Source: Thermodesulfovibrionales bacterium (GTDB lineage: Bacteria; Nitrospirota; Thermodesulfovibrionia; Thermodesulfovibrionales; UBA6898). From it: a DNA stretch of 37,821 bases. The DNA lies in the NCBI GenBank assembly GCA_044450345.1, contig JBIOIY010000029.1, positions 1 to 37,821 on the forward strand, read 5' to 3'. Of this stretch, positions 36,821 through 37,821 are shown piece by piece. Each line of letters begins with the position of its first letter. Position 1 is the stretch's first letter. The notes under the pieces were generated by a model, which searched no databases, had not been told where the DNA came from, and saw only the letters and a program-made list of their open reading frames with translations. The translations under genes and the position numbers were made by a program.

Positions 36821-36825
36821 GTCGT

Positions 36826-37395
36826 TTACACTTTCATAGGGGATGACAATCTTATCGTCCAGGCTACAAGGTTCTCCAGAAGCTGCCTGATAAGCTCCCT
36901 TGTTTTCTGGTCGGTCACCTTGCCGTCCTTGTCGATCTTTTCCTTGGCAAAGGACACCATGATCTCAGGCTGGTTCAGTGCAAAACAACTCAGGAAGACA
37001 AAGCATTGCCGCAAATGATACTGGGCCCTTGCGGTGCCGATCATGCCGGGGGAAGCGCCCATTATAGCCACCGGTTTATGCGCGAACACGTTGTCTCCAT
37101 AGGGTCGGGAAGCGCAGTCGATTGCGTTCTTCAACACGCCCGGGATGGAGTAATTGTATTCAGGCGTAGCTATGAGGATAGCATCGGCAGCTCTTATTTT
37201 GGCTTTAAACTCCTTCACCTTTTCTACGGGCTGGTTTTCCAAGTCCTGGTTAAATGGCGGGATCCCTTCCAGGTCAAAGATCTCAAGTTTTACACCTTCC
37301 GGAACGAGCTCCAGCGCAGCTCGCAACAGAGATTTATTGTAAGACTCTTTGCGCAGGCTCCCGGCAAAGCCGAGAATATTGAAAACTTTTTCCAT
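36826..37395 (-). CDS. NADPH-dependent FMN reductase (ChrR/SsuE-like)
   Basis: GSLRKESYN, TPEYNYSIPGVLKNAID, GTARAQYHLR. Confidence 0.95.
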   Translation of the reverse strand: MEKVFNILGFAGSLRKESYNKSLLRAALELVPEGVKLEIFDLEGIPPFNQDLENQPVEKVKEFKAKIRAADAILIATPEYNYSIPGVLKNAIDCASRPYGDNVFAHKPVAIMGASPGMIGTARAQYHLRQCFVFLSCFALNQPEIMVSFAKEKIDKDGKVTDQKTRELIRQLLENLVAWTIRLSSPMKV

Positions 37396-37821
37396 GCGTA
37401 TCTGCCTCCCGATGAATTCTGCTGCCGGCCGCGGCTCCTTGCCTGGCTTCGATCGTCAAACGTCATTTATACTCACTGTAACACGCTCAAAGGAACTGTC
37501 AAGTCAATTGCCGACGCAGACCAGAAATCCTCTCCAGTCTTTGTGGTGCCGGCGACGAGATCCTGCATCACGACGACGCTGAAAGCTAGGCTTATCGCGA
37601 CGAGAATTACTGGGTCGAACATTCATCTTCGACGGACAGGAGAAGAGCACTAATCCCCAAGGGCTGGGCATCGGCTTCACCGACTGATATGTATTAAACC
37701 TGTCAAGTGGGGTGTGATTTTTTTGTCTCCTACATGACCTCCTTTGAGAATGTGTACTTCGGACAGAACAGCAGTAATGAACGACGGTAGATCACTCTGA
37801 TATGCGCGGGTTGGGTACCGC

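Overview
Bacterial chromosomal window of moderate GC with about 40 mostly housekeeping, redox and regulatory genes. The gene content (DsrH/E/F-TusA, DUF362-ferredoxin, sigma-54 activator, SWIB protein, PilZ-like ORF) suggests an anaerobic sulfur-cycling organism such as Nitrospirota or Desulfobacterota; this is inference only. It holds a dsrH-dsrE-dsrF-tusA sulfur-relay operon and a tRNA-Leu(GAG) followed by an AT-rich islet with a truncated GNAT gene, a 64-aa ORF and an SDH/Clp-fold protease. It also holds three helicases (HrpB, DEAD-box, UvrD/Rep), an M16 peptidase, rpiA, MsrAB, a ferritin-like protein and several oxidoreductases. Most notable: (1) a bacterial protein with the motif set of eukaryotic 14-kDa phosphohistidine phosphatase PHPT1 (Janus/Ocnus); (2) a stand-alone IF2 C-terminal protein with no GTPase domain; (3) a stand-alone archaeal-type MtrA corrinoid protein; (4) a full sigma-54 enhancer module (pseudo-receiver activator, tandem UAS, -24/-12) driving one unknown gene; (5) a His-less DHp-like mini-protein and two small-RNA candidates. 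No CRISPR array, rRNA, transposase or integrase was seen. All family calls come from motif recognition by eye, not database searches.
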